A stretch of DNA of 64,000 nt from an uncultured Clostridia bacterium (GTDB lineage Bacteria > Bacillota > Clostridia > Christensenellales > CAG-917), in contig CALVKR010000007.1 in assembly GCA_944332995.1 (NCBI GenBank), forward strand, positions 9,859-73,858, given 5' to 3'. Shown piece after piece: positions 10,731 to 23,224 of this stretch. Below the pieces are notes generated by a model. The model saw only the letters and a list, made by a program, of their open reading frames with translations. It was not told where the DNA came from and did no database searches. The stretch's first letter is position 1. Each line of letters begins with the position of its first letter. Made by a program: the position numbers and the translations under genes.

Positions 10731-10885
10731 ATTTTTTCGACTTTTTATTTTGCGATTCACGCCCTTTAAAACACCGCTTTACGGCCTTTATTTTGCGCCC
10801 GGCCGATAAATTTTGCCGCCATAATTTACCGAGTTTTAGCCACCTTTTTTTGATTAAAAATCCGCCCTTTCGACAAACTAAATAT

Positions 10886-12151
10886 ATGAAAAAGCCGAAA
10901 ACTTTTCTTTTTCGTCAAAATCTTATTTTTGTTTTGATAATGTTGCTCACCCTTTTTCAAGCGGCGATTTTTTCGGCAGCGATTTTTTCTCGTCAGGATT
11001 ACCTCGTCGCGTTTGCTTTGGCAAATAATTCGGATAACGGTATAATCGACGCAAAAAATACTTTCGCGCTCAATGTGGAGATAAAAGGCGAAACGATTCC
11101 GTTCGAGGCGATTTTCAACGAATCGGCCGCCAAAACGACAAAACGTTTCGGATATTTAAACACCTACAAAGCGGCTTTAAAGTTTGCCGACTGCGACAAA
11201 GCGGCGAATTTTATGTTTTTAAATTTGACGGCGTTTGCCGACGAGCTGAAAAAAAGCTACTGCTTGGAATATATTCCCACGTCCTACACTTTTAAATACG
11301 GCAACATAAGCTATATAAAAGGACGGGACGGCTTTAATTTTTCAAAATGCGACTTTTACGAATCTGTTTGCAAGGCGATAGACGCCGGGGCGGATATGGT
11401 AAAGATAGATATCGTCGAAAAAAAAGCGGAAGATATTTTATCTTTTAAAAAGAGCCACTGTGTAAAAGGTAAATTTTCGACGGCGTTTTATACGAGCTCA
11501 AACGAGAGGGCGCACAACATATCGCTTGCCGCAAAAAAGATTGACGGGTACGTCATACTGCCCGGCGAAACGTTTTCCTTTAACGAGGTTGTGGGAAAGC
11601 GCACGAGAGAAAACGGATTTAAAGACGCCAAAGTAATTTTAAACGGCGAATTTACCGACGGCGTGGGCGGAGGAACATGTCAGGTTTCAACGACGCTTTA
11701 TAACTGCGCTCTTCTTTCCGATATGCAGATAATCACTGTAAATCAGCATTCGTTGCCCGTATCATACGTTGCCCCGTCGTTCGACGCTATGGTGTCCGAC
11801 AGCGCCGATTTAAAATTTACAAACACCTCCGATTTCCCCGTGACGGTGCATAGCTTTATCAAAGACAGAAATCTGTATTTTTATATGATAGGCGTTAAAG
11901 GCAGAGATATAAAACTCGTATCCGAAACGCTTGACGTCATACCGTATAAAACGCAGACAGTAACATCCGACGAGGTGACGGAGAATACGGTAAAGCGAAA
12001 GGGAAAAAACGGGCTGATATCGCAAGGGTATATCGAAGTTTCTGAGGGTGGAAAGGCTAAAAAAATCAAGATAAGAAAAAACACGTATAAGGCGCTCGAC
12101 GAAATAATCTTGACCCCCAAACAAGATTTGCTTATTGACTATCTCCCATAA
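10886..12151 (+). CDS. VanW-domain protein with N-terminal membrane anchor and G5-like tail
   Basis: R.HNI.LA, PGETFSFNEVVG, GGGTCQVSTTLYN, HSLPVSY, DLKF.N. The ORF-track extension from 10592 is T-rich non-coding DNA. Confidence 0.85.
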   Translation: MKKPKTFLFRQNLIFVLIMLLTLFQAAIFSAAIFSRQDYLVAFALANNSDNGIIDAKNTFALNVEIKGETIPFEAIFNESAAKTTKRFGYLNTYKAALKFADCDKAANFMFLNLTAFADELKKSYCLEYIPTSYTFKYGNISYIKGRDGFNFSKCDFYESVCKAIDAGADMVKIDIVEKKAEDILSFKKSHCVKGKFSTAFYTSSNERAHNISLAAKKIDGYVILPGETFSFNEVVGKRTRENGFKDAKVILNGEFTDGVGGGTCQVSTTLYNCALLSDMQIITVNQHSLPVSYVAPSFDAMVSDSADLKFTNTSDFPVTVHSFIKDRNLYFYMIGVKGRDIKLVSETLDVIPYKTQTVTSDEVTENTVKRKGKNGLISQGYIEVSEGGKAKKIKIRKNTYKALDEIILTPKQDLLIDYLP

Positions 12152-12193
12152 AATGGTATAATTATTTTATACTAAATGATAGCGGAGGAACTT

Positions 12194-13936
12194 ATGTCAT
12201 ATCTCGATACTTATCAAAATTTTTTAGAAAGCCCTGAGCTTACCGAAGAAGAAAAGGCAAGGCTTTCGGAACTTACCGAAGAAGAAAAGAAAGAAATGTT
12301 TGCAATTCCGCTTGCATTCGGAACGGCGGGAATGAGGGGCGTGCTCGACCAGGGCACGAACCGCATGAACCGCTTTACCGTGCGCAGAGCGACGGAGGGA
12401 CTTGCAAACTATATAGAAACTTTAGGAGAACAGGCAAAACAGCAAGGCATCGTCATTTCATACGACACGAGGCGTATGTCGACGGAATTTGCCATCTTGG
12501 CGGCAAAGGTTTTGGACGCACACAACATAAAAGTGTTTTTGTTTGAAAACGTCCGTCCCGTGCCCGTTTGCTCGTTTGCCATAAGGCATTTGAATGCGAT
12601 AGCCGGTATTATGATTACCGCTTCGCACAATCCCAAAATTTACAACGGATACAAAGTATACGGCGAGGACGGCGCTCAAATGTCGCCCGAAGCCACTGCG
12701 AAAGTCGTTGAGTTTATCGACAAGCTCGACTATTTCGGAATTGCCGAAGCCGACGTCAAACTCGACAAGGAAAGCATTGTCGGCAAGGACAATTTAAAGG
12801 TGGACGCAAACGTCACGATAATAGGAAAATCGGTCGACAACGCCTATTTCAAGGAGATACAAAAACTTTGCCTCTCCCCCGACGCCGTAAAGAAAGCGGG
12901 CAAAAACATTAAGATAGTTTATACCCCCATTCACGGAAGCGGATATATGCCTGTCACGACGATACTCGATATCATGAATATCCCCGTGACCGTCGTGCCC
13001 GAACAGGCAAAGCCGGACACGGAGTTTTCCACCGTCAAGGTGCCCAACCCCGAGGAGAGCGACGCCCTTAAGATGGCAATTGAACTTGCCGACAAGATAG
13101 GAAGCGATATCTGCATAGGCACCGATCCCGACTGCGACAGAATGGGCGTGGCGATAAGAAACAGAGAGGGCAAATTCGTGCTTTTAAACGGCAACCAGAT
13201 AGGTGCGCTCCTTTGCGACTATATCCTGCTCCGCCACAAGCAAAACGGCACCCTGCCCGCTAACGCCGCTATCGTCAAGACGATAGTTACCACCAATCTC
13301 GCAAACGAAATTGCCTCGTCATACGGAGTCAAAACTTTCGACGTATTGACAGGATTTAAGTTTATCGGCGAAAAAATCAAGGAATGGGAAAAGACGGGCG
13401 AATATACGTTTATGTTCGGCTACGAGGAAAGCTACGGCTATCTGAGCGGCACGCACGCCAGAGATAAAGACGCCGTCGTCGCCTCTATGCTGTTTGCCGA
13501 AATGGCGTGCTTCTATGAGGCGAAAGGCTCGTCGGTGTTCGACCGCCTTATGGAGATTTTCGACACGTTCGGATATTATATCGAAAAATCCGTTTCTATC
13601 TTCTACGAAGGACTTGACGGAATGGAAAAAATGAGCGCAATCATGGATAAGGCAAGAAGCACTGCGCTCGAAAAGATAGACGAAAAGAAAGTGCTTTCGA
13701 CAAGCGACCTTTTAAATCAGATAACAATAAACGCTGACGGCTCGAAAGAGGATACGCACCTGCCCAAGACAAACGCCATAAAGTGGAAACTTTCAGACGG
13801 CGATTGGGTATGCGTCCGCCCCTCCGGCACGGAACCAAAACTCAAAATTTACGTTGCCACCAAAGCAACCTCGTCGGATAAGGCAAACGCTTTAGCGGAA
13901 AAATACGTGGCGTTCATGAAAGCGTTTTTATCTTAA
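12194..13936 (+). CDS. pgm: phosphoglucomutase/phosphomannomutase
   Basis: FGTAGMRG, TASHNP, DPDCDR, EESYG, RPSGTEPK. SD GGAGG before ATG 12194. Confidence 0.93.
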   Translation: MSYLDTYQNFLESPELTEEEKARLSELTEEEKKEMFAIPLAFGTAGMRGVLDQGTNRMNRFTVRRATEGLANYIETLGEQAKQQGIVISYDTRRMSTEFAILAAKVLDAHNIKVFLFENVRPVPVCSFAIRHLNAIAGIMITASHNPKIYNGYKVYGEDGAQMSPEATAKVVEFIDKLDYFGIAEADVKLDKESIVGKDNLKVDANVTIIGKSVDNAYFKEIQKLCLSPDAVKKAGKNIKIVYTPIHGSGYMPVTTILDIMNIPVTVVPEQAKPDTEFSTVKVPNPEESDALKMAIELADKIGSDICIGTDPDCDRMGVAIRNREGKFVLLNGNQIGALLCDYILLRHKQNGTLPANAAIVKTIVTTNLANEIASSYGVKTFDVLTGFKFIGEKIKEWEKTGEYTFMFGYEESYGYLSGTHARDKDAVVASMLFAEMACFYEAKGSSVFDRLMEIFDTFGYYIEKSVSIFYEGLDGMEKMSAIMDKARSTALEKIDEKKVLSTSDLLNQITINADGSKEDTHLPKTNAIKWKLSDGDWVCVRPSGTEPKLKIYVATKATSSDKANALAEKYVAFMKAFLS

Positions 13937-13998
13937 CGCAGGGTGTGACCGCTTTTTGCAAAATTGAATACCGCCGTCAAAACGGCAAAAAGTAAAAT

Positions 13999-14024
13999 AA
14001 AAAAGCGCCAAAAGGCGCTTTTTT
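13999..14024. terminator. bidirectional intrinsic terminator
   Basis: AAAAAAGCGCC-aaaa-GGCGCTTTTTT between convergent genes. Confidence 0.8.
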
Positions 14025-14133
14025 AAATGCTAAATTAAATTTTGCGGTTTTGCTTTTATCGCTTTTTCCGATTTTATTTTACCGCCTGTTTTTACTGCCT
14101 CTCTTTACTTTTTTTCAGACGCTTGTTTTATAT

Positions 14134-14943
14134 TTATTTTTCCACCGCTTCCGACTCGAATGCTTTTACCTCGTCGGGAACGGAAGTCAATGCGCTTTTG
14201 TTTACATTTTTGATGAGGAGCGAATAGTCTTTAACCGTCTTGCCGTCCTCTATAAAATGAAACATAACGCCGAAGCTATCGTCTTCGATGATAAGTTCCG
14301 CAGTGGTGCCTTTCATGGTCTTCGGGACAATTTTGCCCTCTTCATAGAAAAGATAATCGTAGATATACATATAAAAAAGATTATTCGACTTTATCTTATA
14401 CGAAGCGAACTCGTTAAAACTCTCGTTGCCGAGAAGTCCCAAAGTAAACTCTATAGGCTTCGTGGGGGCTTTCTTCTCCGCCGATTTAAGCACAAAATTT
14501 CCGCTTTCGTTCTTTATAGGCGCACCGTTTTCACCGATTGTATAATTATTAAGCGAAATAAGATATTCGACAGAATCGCTCTGATAAATATATTCTTTCA
14601 TAGTATAGGTTTCGCCGTCTTTTGTGTTTATTGTTTCTGCATAGGTTATGTCGGTTTCGTTGTCGACAACTATCGAAAGCACTTGCGACCACACAACGGG
14701 GCTGTCAGGATTGGAAACGTCGTAATCTTTTTCCTCGGTGACTATCGTATAGTTTTTAGCGGAATCGATAACTCCGTAAAGATAGTCGAAAGTCATGTCT
14801 TCGTAAAAGGTTTTTTCAGTCGTGTCCGCACCTCCCTTGTCGGGATTCGTGCCGCCCGGTACGTTATCGCAGGCAACGAAAATAACTGCGGTCAAAGAGA
14901 CGACCAAAACGACCGATAATAAAAATAAAAATTTCTTCTTCAT
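14134..14943 (-). CDS. hypothetical lipoprotein
   Basis: MKKK, hydrophobic stretch, lipobox FVAC, SD AAGGAG. Confidence 0.8.
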   Translation of the reverse strand: MKKKFLFLLSVVLVVSLTAVIFVACDNVPGGTNPDKGGADTTEKTFYEDMTFDYLYGVIDSAKNYTIVTEEKDYDVSNPDSPVVWSQVLSIVVDNETDITYAETINTKDGETYTMKEYIYQSDSVEYLISLNNYTIGENGAPIKNESGNFVLKSAEKKAPTKPIEFTLGLLGNESFNEFASYKIKSNNLFYMYIYDYLFYEEGKIVPKTMKGTTAELIIEDDSFGVMFHFIEDGKTVKDYSLLIKNVNKSALTSVPDEVKAFESEAVEK

Positions 14944-15109
14944 TTTTATCTCCTTACAAGTTTTATGTACTCATTTTACACTAAACAGCCAAAAAGGCAA
15001 CCTTTTGAGTATATTTAGATTGCCTTTGTTTTGCCTGCCCTTTCGGTTGACAGTCGGATTATGCTTTCAGCTTAGCCGATTATGTATTCAGATTAAAGTC
15101 GAAACGAAA

Positions 15110-18100
15110 TCATTCCGCATCGATAGTGGAAACGTTCATCGTTATTTCCTCGAGCACGTCAAGCAAAACTCTTACCGTATCGAGCGACGTGAACACCGTC
15201 ACGTTGTTTTCGACGGCGCATTGCCTTATCTGAGAGCCGTCCGAAAGCCTGTGTTCCGAACGGACGTCTCTTGTGTTTATGACGTACGTGACGTATCCCT
15301 GCCGTATCGAGTCGAGCATATCGGTAGAGCCTTCGCTTATCTTTTTTCTTATCCTCGTTTTAATGCCGTTGCTCTTTAAAAACTTTGCCGTTCCCTCGGT
15401 GGCTTCTATGTTGAAGCCGAGATTGTAAAAACGCCTGATCAGAGGAAGCGCTTCCGGTTTGTCGTCGTCGGCGATGGTGATGAGCACCGTTCCGTAGTTT
15501 TGCACCTTTACGCCTGCCGCCGCAAGCGCTTTATACAGCGCTCTCGTCAACGTCTTGTCGTATCCTATCGCCTCGCCCGTCGATTTCATTTCGGGTGAGA
15601 GATGCGAATCCATTCCCCTCAGTTTTGCAAACGAGAAGGCGGGCACTTTGACGTACCAACGCTTTTTCTCGTCGGGATAAATTTTGTCGAATCCCTGCTC
15701 CTTCAAGCTCTTGCCCAAAATAACGAGCGTGGCAATATCCGCAATGGGATAACCCGTCGCCTTCGACAAAAACGGAACGGTCCTCGACGAACGTGGATTG
15801 ACTTCGATTATGAACACCTTTTCGTCTTTATCGACGATAAACTGAATGTTGTAAAGTCCCTTAATGCCTATGCCTCTGCCAAGTTTCAAGGTGTAGTCCA
15901 AAATGGTATCTTTTACCTTTTGAGATATGCTGAAAGTGGGATAAACGCTTATCGAGTCGCCCGAATGTACGCCCGTCCTTTCCACAAGCTCCATAATGCC
16001 GGGGACGAAGACGTCCTTGCCGTCGCATACGGCGTCAACCTCCACTTCCTTTCCGCTGATATATTTATCCACCAAAACGGGTTTATCCTCATCGATTTCA
16101 ACCGCCGTTTTGAGATAATGGCGAAGCTGCTGTTCGTTTGCTACAATACGCATTGCCCTGCCGCCCAAAACAAAGCTCGGACGTACGAGCACGGGATAAC
16201 CTATCTCGCCTGCCGCCTTTATACCTTCTTCTATATCGGTGACGGCTCTGCCCTTAGGCTGCGGAATTTTGAGCGACACCAAAAGTTTTTCAAAGGCGTC
16301 GCGGTTTTCCGCCTTTTCGATTGCGGCGCAGTCGGTGCCTATGATATTGACGCCCCTGTCGGTAAGCGGCTGAGCAAGATTTATAGCCGTCTGACCGCCA
16401 AGCGAAGCTATTACTCCTTCAGGCTTTTCAAATTCAATCACGTTCATGACATCCTCTACGCAGAGAGGCTCGAAATAAAGTTTGTCGGACGTGGTATAAT
16501 CCGTCGAAACGGTTTCGGGGTTGTTGTTTACGATTATCGCTTCGTAGCCTGCCGCCTTGATGGTCTTTACCGCATGAACGGTGGAGTAGTCAAATTCGAC
16601 GCCCTGACCTATACGGATAGGTCCGCTTCCCAAAACGACTATTTTTTTGTTGCCTGAAACAACCGATTCGTTTTGCTTTTCGTAAGTGGAATAAAAATAA
16701 GGGATATAGCTGTCAAACTCGGAAGCACAGCTGTCAATCATTTTGTATACGGGACGTATTCCCTCTTTTTTGCGGAAATTATAAACGCTAAGCTCGTCCG
16801 TCTGCCAAAGTCTTGCCACCGCCCTGTCCGAAAAGCCAAACGACTTTGCTTCCCGTAAAAGCCGGGTATCCCATTTACCCGAGGCAAGTTTTTCCTCTAT
16901 CTCGATGATATGCGCTATTTTCCCTATGAAAAACACGTCGATTTTTGTAGCTAAAGCAATCTCTTTCGGCGACGCTTTAAGCCTTAAAAGCCTTGCTATG
17001 GCATATATGCGGTCGTCCGTGCCTCTTTCGATATATTCAAACAGTTCCGCTTTCGACATAGAATCGAATTTTGCCATATACACGTGGTCTACGCCTATCT
17101 CAAGGGAGCGGACGGCTTTTAAAAGGCTTTCCTCTATCGTTCTGCCCACGCTCATGACCTCGCCCGTGGCTTTCATCTGAGTGCCGAGGCGATTGTTTGC
17201 GTCCTCGAATTTGTCAAACGGAAAACGCGGCATTTTGGTTACCACATAGTCGAGGGAGGGCTCGAAAGAAGCGGGAGTATTGGCAAGCATTATCTCGTCG
17301 AGGTTCATTCCTATACCAATCTTTGCCGATACTCTTGCAATGGGATATCCGCTGGCTTTACTCGCAAGCGCAGAAGAACGGCTGACCCTCGGATTGACTT
17401 CTATAAGGTAGTATTGAAAGGATTTCGGATCTAAAGCAAACTGAACGTTGCAACCGCCCTTTATCTTTAACGCTCTGATTATCTTGAGCGCCGACGACCT
17501 TAGCATCTGATATTCTCTGTTGGTGAGCGTCTGCGACGGACAAAACACAATCGAATCCCCGGTATGAATTCCCACAGGGTCGAAGTTTTCCATATTACAT
17601 ATGGCGATTGCCGTGTCGTTGGCGTCTCGCATGACCTCGTATTCAATCTCCTTAAAGCCCTTTATCGATTTTTCGACGAGCACCTGGTGAGTGGGCGACA
17701 GATACAAAGCGTTTTTGATTATCTCCAAAAATTCCGTTTCGTTGTCGGCAAAACCGCCGCCCGTGCCGCCCAAAGTAAAGGCAGGTCTTAAAACGACGGG
17801 ATATCCTATCTTCTTTACCGCCTCCAAGCCTTCCTCGACGGAATTTGCGATTTCCGACGGCAAAACGGGTTCGCCCAGTCTTTGGCAAAGCTCTTTGAAC
17901 AGTTCCCTGTCCTCCGCCATTTCTATGCTTTCGCTGCTCGTTCCCAAAAGCTCCACTCGGCATTCTTTGAGTATACCCTTCTTTTCAAGCTGCATGGCAA
18001 TATTGAGCCCCGTCTGTCCGCCGATGCCGGGGATTATGGCGTCCGGTCTTTCGTATCTGATTATTCTTGCGACGTATTCGAGCGTCAACGGCTCCATATA

Positions 18101-18292
18101 AACTTTATCCGCTATCGAAGTGTCCGTCATTATGGTGGCAGGGTTCGAGTTGCAAAGCACAACCTCATAGCCCTCCTCTTTCAAGGCAAGACACGCCTGC
18201 GTCCCCGCATAGTCGAATTCCGCCGCCTGACCTATAACGATAGGTCCGCTGCCTATAACAAGTATCTTTTTTAAGTCTTCTCTTTTGGGCAT
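15110..18292 (-). CDS. carB: carbamoyl-phosphate synthase large subunit
   Basis: [17 protein letters not shown], duplicated ATP-grasp halves, C-terminal MGS domain. Confidence 0.98.
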   Translation of the reverse strand: MPKREDLKKILVIGSGPIVIGQAAEFDYAGTQACLALKEEGYEVVLCNSNPATIMTDTSIADKVYMEPLTLEYVARIIRYERPDAIIPGIGGQTGLNIAMQLEKKGILKECRVELLGTSSESIEMAEDRELFKELCQRLGEPVLPSEIANSVEEGLEAVKKIGYPVVLRPAFTLGGTGGGFADNETEFLEIIKNALYLSPTHQVLVEKSIKGFKEIEYEVMRDANDTAIAICNMENFDPVGIHTGDSIVFCPSQTLTNREYQMLRSSALKIIRALKIKGGCNVQFALDPKSFQYYLIEVNPRVSRSSALASKASGYPIARVSAKIGIGMNLDEIMLANTPASFEPSLDYVVTKMPRFPFDKFEDANNRLGTQMKATGEVMSVGRTIEESLLKAVRSLEIGVDHVYMAKFDSMSKAELFEYIERGTDDRIYAIARLLRLKASPKEIALATKIDVFFIGKIAHIIEIEEKLASGKWDTRLLREAKSFGFSDRAVARLWQTDELSVYNFRKKEGIRPVYKMIDSCASEFDSYIPYFYSTYEKQNESVVSGNKKIVVLGSGPIRIGQGVEFDYSTVHAVKTIKAAGYEAIIVNNNPETVSTDYTTSDKLYFEPLCVEDVMNVIEFEKPEGVIASLGGQTAINLAQPLTDRGVNIIGTDCAAIEKAENRDAFEKLLVSLKIPQPKGRAVTDIEEGIKAAGEIGYPVLVRPSFVLGGRAMRIVANEQQLRHYLKTAVEIDEDKPVLVDKYISGKEVEVDAVCDGKDVFVPGIMELVERTGVHSGDSISVYPTFSISQKVKDTILDYTLKLGRGIGIKGLYNIQFIVDKDEKVFIIEVNPRSSRTVPFLSKATGYPIADIATLVILGKSLKEQGFDKIYPDEKKRWYVKVPAFSFAKLRGMDSHLSPEMKSTGEAIGYDKTLTRALYKALAAAGVKVQNYGTVLITIADDDKPEALPLIRRFYNLGFNIEATEGTAKFLKSNGIKTRIRKKISEGSTDMLDSIRQGYVTYVINTRDVRSEHRLSDGSQIRQCAVENNVTVFTSLDTVRVLLDVLEEITMNVSTIDAE

Positions 18293-19378
18293 TTATCTTT
18301 TCTCCTTCATTGAAAGGATGAATTTATCAAACAAATATGAGCTGTCGCAAGGACCGGGACAGCTTTCGGGGTGATATTGCACGCTGAAAACGTTGTCCTC
18401 TTTACACTCTACGCCCTCCACCGTGTTGTCGAGAATGTTGACGTGCGTTACTGTGAGCGGCGTGCCCTCTAAGCTCTTGGCGTCAACGGCATAAGAGTGG
18501 TTTTGCGACGTAACCTCAACCTTTGAGTTTTCGAGATTGCGGACGGGGTGGTTGCCTCCCCTGTGTCCGAATTTGAGTTTATACGTCTTTGCGCCGTATG
18601 CGAGCGATATGAGCTGATGACCGAGGCAAATTCCGAAAACGGGATACTTTCCCTTTATTTTTTTAATTAGCTCGATGACGGGCACGACGTCGGTAGGGTC
18701 GCCGGGGCCGTTTGAAAAAAACACGCCGTCGGGTTTAATTTTAGCAATCTCCTCCGCCGTCGTGTTCCAAGGAACGACAATGACGTCGCACTCTCTTTCG
18801 TTTAAAGAGCGGACGATATTAAGTTTGATTCCGCAATCGACAGCCACCACTTTATACTTTGCTCCCTTGACTTTCGATTCCCACGACTTTTTACAGCTTA
18901 CGCGGCTGACAGCGTCGGTTTTGAGCGGAGTGTTTTTTAAAATTTCCAACGCCTTATCTATAGGCGTATCCGCACTCGTGATGAGCACCTTTCTGCTTCC
19001 GAAATCTCTTATCGAACGGGTGAGCTGACGGGTGTCTATTCCGCTTATGCCGGCAACGTTATATTTTTTCATAACGTGGTCGAGGGTCGCAACGCTTCCG
19101 AAATTCGACGGCTCGTCGTTGTACTCTTTGACCACGAGGCCTCCAATCGTCGGCGTTTTCGTTTCGTAGTCCCACTCCGTCATTCCGTAGTTGCCTATAA
19201 GCGGATAAGTCATAACAACCGTCTGATAAGTATAAGAAGGGTCGGATACAATTTCTTGATATCCAACCATAGAAGTGTTAAAAACTATTTCCGTTACCTT
19301 TTCGCTTTTGGCGCCGAAATAATAGCCGAAGTATTCGCTTTTGTCCTCAAAAACAAGTTTTGCGTCAAATTTTTTCAT
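18293..19378 (-). CDS. carA: carbamoyl-phosphate synthase small subunit
   Basis: [27 protein letters not shown]. Confidence 0.97.
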   Translation of the reverse strand: MKKFDAKLVFEDKSEYFGYYFGAKSEKVTEIVFNTSMVGYQEIVSDPSYTYQTVVMTYPLIGNYGMTEWDYETKTPTIGGLVVKEYNDEPSNFGSVATLDHVMKKYNVAGISGIDTRQLTRSIRDFGSRKVLITSADTPIDKALEILKNTPLKTDAVSRVSCKKSWESKVKGAKYKVVAVDCGIKLNIVRSLNERECDVIVVPWNTTAEEIAKIKPDGVFFSNGPGDPTDVVPVIELIKKIKGKYPVFGICLGHQLISLAYGAKTYKLKFGHRGGNHPVRNLENSKVEVTSQNHSYAVDAKSLEGTPLTVTHVNILDNTVEGVECKEDNVFSVQYHPESCPGPCDSSYLFDKFILSMKEKR

Positions 19379-20988
19379 TGTGACCTCTTTTGTCTTATAT
19401 CCAATCCCGCACTCAGAAACGCTTTAAAAAGCGGATGCGGTTTGTTTGGTCTGCTTTTAAATTCCGGGTGAAACTGCACGCCCAGATAAAACGGCATGTC
19501 GCTTATTTCCACCGCTTCCACAAGACGGTTGTCGGGCGACGTTCCGCACACGGTGAGCCCCGCATTTTCAAATTGCTGTCTATAATCGTTGTTAAACTCG
19601 TAGCGGTGGCGGTGTCTTTCGTCTATCTTATCCGAGCCGTAACATTTTCTCATGACCGTTTTTGAAACTATATCGCAAGGATAGCTGCCAAGCCTCAGCG
19701 TTCCGCCCTTGCCTATCTCGTCGCTCTGTCCCGGCATAAAATCGATTACCTTGTGAGCGCAATCTTTGTCAAATTCACCCGAGTTTGCGTCTAAAAATCC
19801 CAAAACGTCCCTTGCGTATTCGATGACGGCGATTTGCATTCCTAAGCATATTCCGAAATACGGAACGCCGTTTTCTCTTGCATATTTTGCGGCAAGAATC
19901 ATTCCCTCTATTCCTCTTTGACCAAATCCGCCGGGAACGATTATTGCGTCCACTCCGCCGAGCGCCAACTCGACAGTTTCGTCGGTGAGCGTTTCGGAAT
20001 CTATCCACTTTATCTCCACGTCGGAATCGAGCGAATACGCCGCATGCTTCAACGCTTCCGATACGGACAGATAGGCGTCGTGCAAACGCACGTATTTACC
20101 TACCAATCCCACCGTTATATTTTGCTTCCTGTTTTTTATCTTGTCAATCATTTGACGCCATTCTTTGAGGTTTGGTTCTTTAGTTTTTATCGCAAGCTCA
20201 CGGCAGACTATTCCCGAAAAGTTTTGCTTTTCCAGCATTAGCGGCGCCTCGTATAAAACGGGGATAGTCATATTTTCAAAAACGCAGTCCGGCTTGACGT
20301 TGCAAAAGAGGGATATCTTGTCGAATATGCTCTTTTCCAAAGGCTCGTCGCACCTGAGCACTATTATATCGGGATTTATACCCATGCCCAAAAGCTCCTT
20401 TACCGAGTGCTGTGTGGGCTTGGATTTATGCTCGTCGCTTCCCCTAAGATAGGGAACGAGCGTAACGTGAATAAACAAACTGTTTTCCCTGCCCACCTCG
20501 AGGGATATCTGCCTTACCGCCTCTATGAAGGGCTGCGACTCTATATCGCCTATCGTTCCGCCGATTTCCGTGATGACTACGTCTGCGTCCGTCTTTTTGG
20601 CGACGGCGTAAACAAACTGTTTTATCTCGTCCGTGACGTGAGGAATAACCTGAATGGTAGAGCCTAAATATTCTCCACGCCTTTCTTTGTTTAAAACGTT
20701 CCAATAAATCTTGCCCGTCGTAAGGTTGGAATATTTATTGAGATTCTCGTCTATAAACCTTTCGTAGTGTCCGAGGTCGAGATCCGTTTCCGCCCCGTCC
20801 TCGGTGACGAACACCTCGCCGTGTTGATACGGGCTCATCGTGCCCGGGTCAACGTTGATATATGGGTCGAGTTTCTGTGCCGCAACCTTCAAACCTCTCG
20901 CCTTTAAAAGTCTGCCCAGCGATGCCGCCGTTATACCTTTGCCGAGTCCCGAAACGACTCCCCCCGTCACAAATATATATTTTGTCAT
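19375..20988 (-). CDS. pyrG: CTP synthase
   Basis: [36 protein letters not shown]. Confidence 0.98.
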   Translation of the reverse strand: MTKYIFVTGGVVSGLGKGITAASLGRLLKARGLKVAAQKLDPYINVDPGTMSPYQHGEVFVTEDGAETDLDLGHYERFIDENLNKYSNLTTGKIYWNVLNKERRGEYLGSTIQVIPHVTDEIKQFVYAVAKKTDADVVITEIGGTIGDIESQPFIEAVRQISLEVGRENSLFIHVTLVPYLRGSDEHKSKPTQHSVKELLGMGINPDIIVLRCDEPLEKSIFDKISLFCNVKPDCVFENMTIPVLYEAPLMLEKQNFSGIVCRELAIKTKEPNLKEWRQMIDKIKNRKQNITVGLVGKYVRLHDAYLSVSEALKHAAYSLDSDVEIKWIDSETLTDETVELALGGVDAIIVPGGFGQRGIEGMILAAKYARENGVPYFGICLGMQIAVIEYARDVLGFLDANSGEFDKDCAHKVIDFMPGQSDEIGKGGTLRLGSYPCDIVSKTVMRKCYGSDKIDERHRHRYEFNNDYRQQFENAGLTVCGTSPDNRLVEAVEISDMPFYLGVQFHPEFKSRPNKPHPLFKAFLSAGLDIRQKRSQ

Positions 20989-21319
20989 ATCCTCTCCTTT
21001 TCCGTAACTTGCGGAACGCTTTAACTTTTCTTTCAGATTTATCTTTGTCGTTTATATCGTTTGCTTTATTTTTCTATATTGTTTGTTCTGTCTTTGTTCT
21101 TTTAGCTATATATTGCTTGTCTGATTTTCTTGTAGCGCTTTTATGTCCAAGCCGTTTGCTTCGCCTGTTTTATATTTTATATCGTCTTTCAGATATTTTT
21201 ATCTTGTTTTCCATTTATTGAGTTTTCGTCTTCCGATTGCCCTTTTTTACGCTTTGATAAAGGTGCATTTGCGTTTTTGCCCGCAAAATGCCGCTTTACT
21301 CTTTGGGCGCATGCCGACT

Positions 21320-22900
21320 TTACACTCCGCTGTCGCCGTAGTTTGAAAGTACTCTTGCGGACGGGTCGTTGACTTTGCAACCGGGCCAGCTTTCGTTGGG
21401 CATCCAGAATGCGGGAATCATCTGCGCCTGTTCGGGATAATACTTTTCAAATATTTCACGGTAAAGAAGCGACTCTTTCGATATGGGCATAACGTGAGCG
21501 TATTTTTTTCTCTTTTCTTCAAATTCCGCATCGGTATATTTCCCGTTTGCGTATTCTTTTAGATAGTCCACCATAGAATGTCCCACGGCGTCGGAAAAAG
21601 CCGCTTTTTCTCTCATGAGAATATCGTAAGGCAGATAGCTTCCGTCCTCGAAAGCGTGGCGCAAAAGATATTTGCCCTTGCCGTATACGTTCATCTTCTT
21701 TTGAGGGTCTATCGCCATGACGTAGCTTGCAAAATCGAGGTCACCGAAGGGAACTCGTGCCTCTATCGAGTTTACCGATATGCACCTGTCCGCCCTTAAA
21801 ACGTCGTAATAGTGAAGCTCTTTTATCCTCTTTTGCGACTCCTTTTGAAATTCTTCCGCCGACGGCGCAAAATCGGTGTATTTATATCCGAAAAGCTCGT
21901 CGGATATCTCGCCCGTGAGCAACACTCTGATATCCGTGTGCTCGTGTATGTATTTGCAAACGAGATACATTCCCATGCTTGCTCTGATGGTCGTTATATC
22001 GTAAGTAGCCAAAAGCTCTATCACCCTTTCGAGAGAATCGATAACCTGCTCTTTGGTCATTATGACCTCGGTATGGTCGGAATGAATGTACCTTGCCACC
22101 TGCTTTGCGTATTTAAGGTCTATGGCGTCCCCTTCCATTCCTATGGCAAAAGTCTTTATAGGCGCCGATTGTTCTTTTGCCGCAATGGCGCACACGAGCG
22201 ACGAATCAAGACCGCCCGACAGCAAAAATCCCACTTTTGCGTCGGACACAAGCCTCTTTTTAACGCCTGCCACAAGTTTTTCTTTAATGTTTCGGCAAAC
22301 AGTTTCAAGGTCGTCCGATACCGTTTTATCAACCGCCGTCATGTCCCTGTAGCATATGAATTTGCCGTCCTCGTAATAATGTCCCGGCGGAAAGGGAAAG
22401 ATTTTATCCACAAGTCCGACAAGGCATTTAGGTTCTGAAGCAAACATTATTTTTTGCGATGCGCTGTAACCGTAGTAGAGCGGTCGTATGCCGATAGGGT
22501 CCCGTGCCGCAATAAACTTCCCTTTTTTGCCGTCGTATATGACGAGCGCAAATTCCGAATCGAGCATTTTAAACATTTCCACGGAATATTTTTCATAGAG
22601 CGGAAGAAGTATCTCGCAATCGCTGTCGCTTTTAAAGCTGTATTCGCTTTTGAGTTGTTCTTTTATCTTCCGATAGCCGTAAATCTCTCCGTTGCAAACG
22701 ACGCTGTTTCCGTTCAAAGTAAAAGGCTGCATACCGTCCGAGGTAAGCCCCATAATCGAGAGCCTGCCAAAGCCCATTATTCCGTCTTTCAATTCAACTA
22801 CTTTCATATCGTCGGGGCCTCTCGAGTGCGTCTTATACAATGCCTCTTTTATGTCCTCGCACTCTATATCCCTTCCCGTATAACACATTATCGTACACAT
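21320..22900 (-). CDS. asnB: asparagine synthase (glutamine-hydrolysing)
   Basis: N-terminal Cys2, RGPD, NGEIY, LSGGLDSS, EARVPF. Confidence 0.96.
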   Translation of the reverse strand: MCTIMCYTGRDIECEDIKEALYKTHSRGPDDMKVVELKDGIMGFGRLSIMGLTSDGMQPFTLNGNSVVCNGEIYGYRKIKEQLKSEYSFKSDSDCEILLPLYEKYSVEMFKMLDSEFALVIYDGKKGKFIAARDPIGIRPLYYGYSASQKIMFASEPKCLVGLVDKIFPFPPGHYYEDGKFICYRDMTAVDKTVSDDLETVCRNIKEKLVAGVKKRLVSDAKVGFLLSGGLDSSLVCAIAAKEQSAPIKTFAIGMEGDAIDLKYAKQVARYIHSDHTEVIMTKEQVIDSLERVIELLATYDITTIRASMGMYLVCKYIHEHTDIRVLLTGEISDELFGYKYTDFAPSAEEFQKESQKRIKELHYYDVLRADRCISVNSIEARVPFGDLDFASYVMAIDPQKKMNVYGKGKYLLRHAFEDGSYLPYDILMREKAAFSDAVGHSMVDYLKEYANGKYTDAEFEEKRKKYAHVMPISKESLLYREIFEKYYPEQAQMIPAFWMPNESWPGCKVNDPSARVLSNYGDSGV

Positions 22901-23196
22901 TTTTTACCTCTCAAAAATTTCTTTGCCGTTTGCTTGGTTTGTCGGTTTTTTTTCCTCATTTGCTTTTAACGCCCACACGGTAACCCGCCCACGCTTTCAC
23001 GTCCTCACGGCTTAAAGCACTTGCGCTTGTCTTTCGGTTGAGTTTTTCGTTTTAGCCTAAATACACCGCTTTAAACTTTCTTTTTACACGATAAACAACA
23101 CTTTTTGCCCTAATTTTTATTTTGGGATACGGTGTTGTTTTTCGTCCTTTTATCTTTTAAATTTTTCTGCGTTTAAATTTGCCGTTTAATCTGCAT

Positions 23197-23224
23197 TTCC
23201 CTCCCGGCAAATGCCGAGAGGGAA
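23197..23224. other. stable hairpin after the amt stop codon
   Basis: TTCCCTCTCGGC-attt-GCCGGGAGGGAA on the minus strand with no U-tract in that direction. Possibly an mRNA stabiliser rather than a terminator. Confidence 0.5.

Noticed and set aside
10592-10885. Phe-rich N-terminal extension of the VanW ORF
   Set aside because: Translation of T-rich intergenic DNA that includes a tandem repeat. ATG 10886 is the plausible start.
10886-12151. Vancomycin-resistance locus
   Set aside because: VanW domains are widespread in Firmicutes, and no vanHAX/vanRS genes are present.
14050-14919. 289-aa plus-strand ORF
   Set aside because: Antisense to a lipoprotein gene that has an SD and lipobox; no motifs of its own.
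15602-16657. 351-aa ORF opposite carB (likewise 40451-41425 opposite metH and 59707-60315 opposite hisF)
   Set aside because: Codon-bias shadows of conserved genes, with no SD or recognisable domain.
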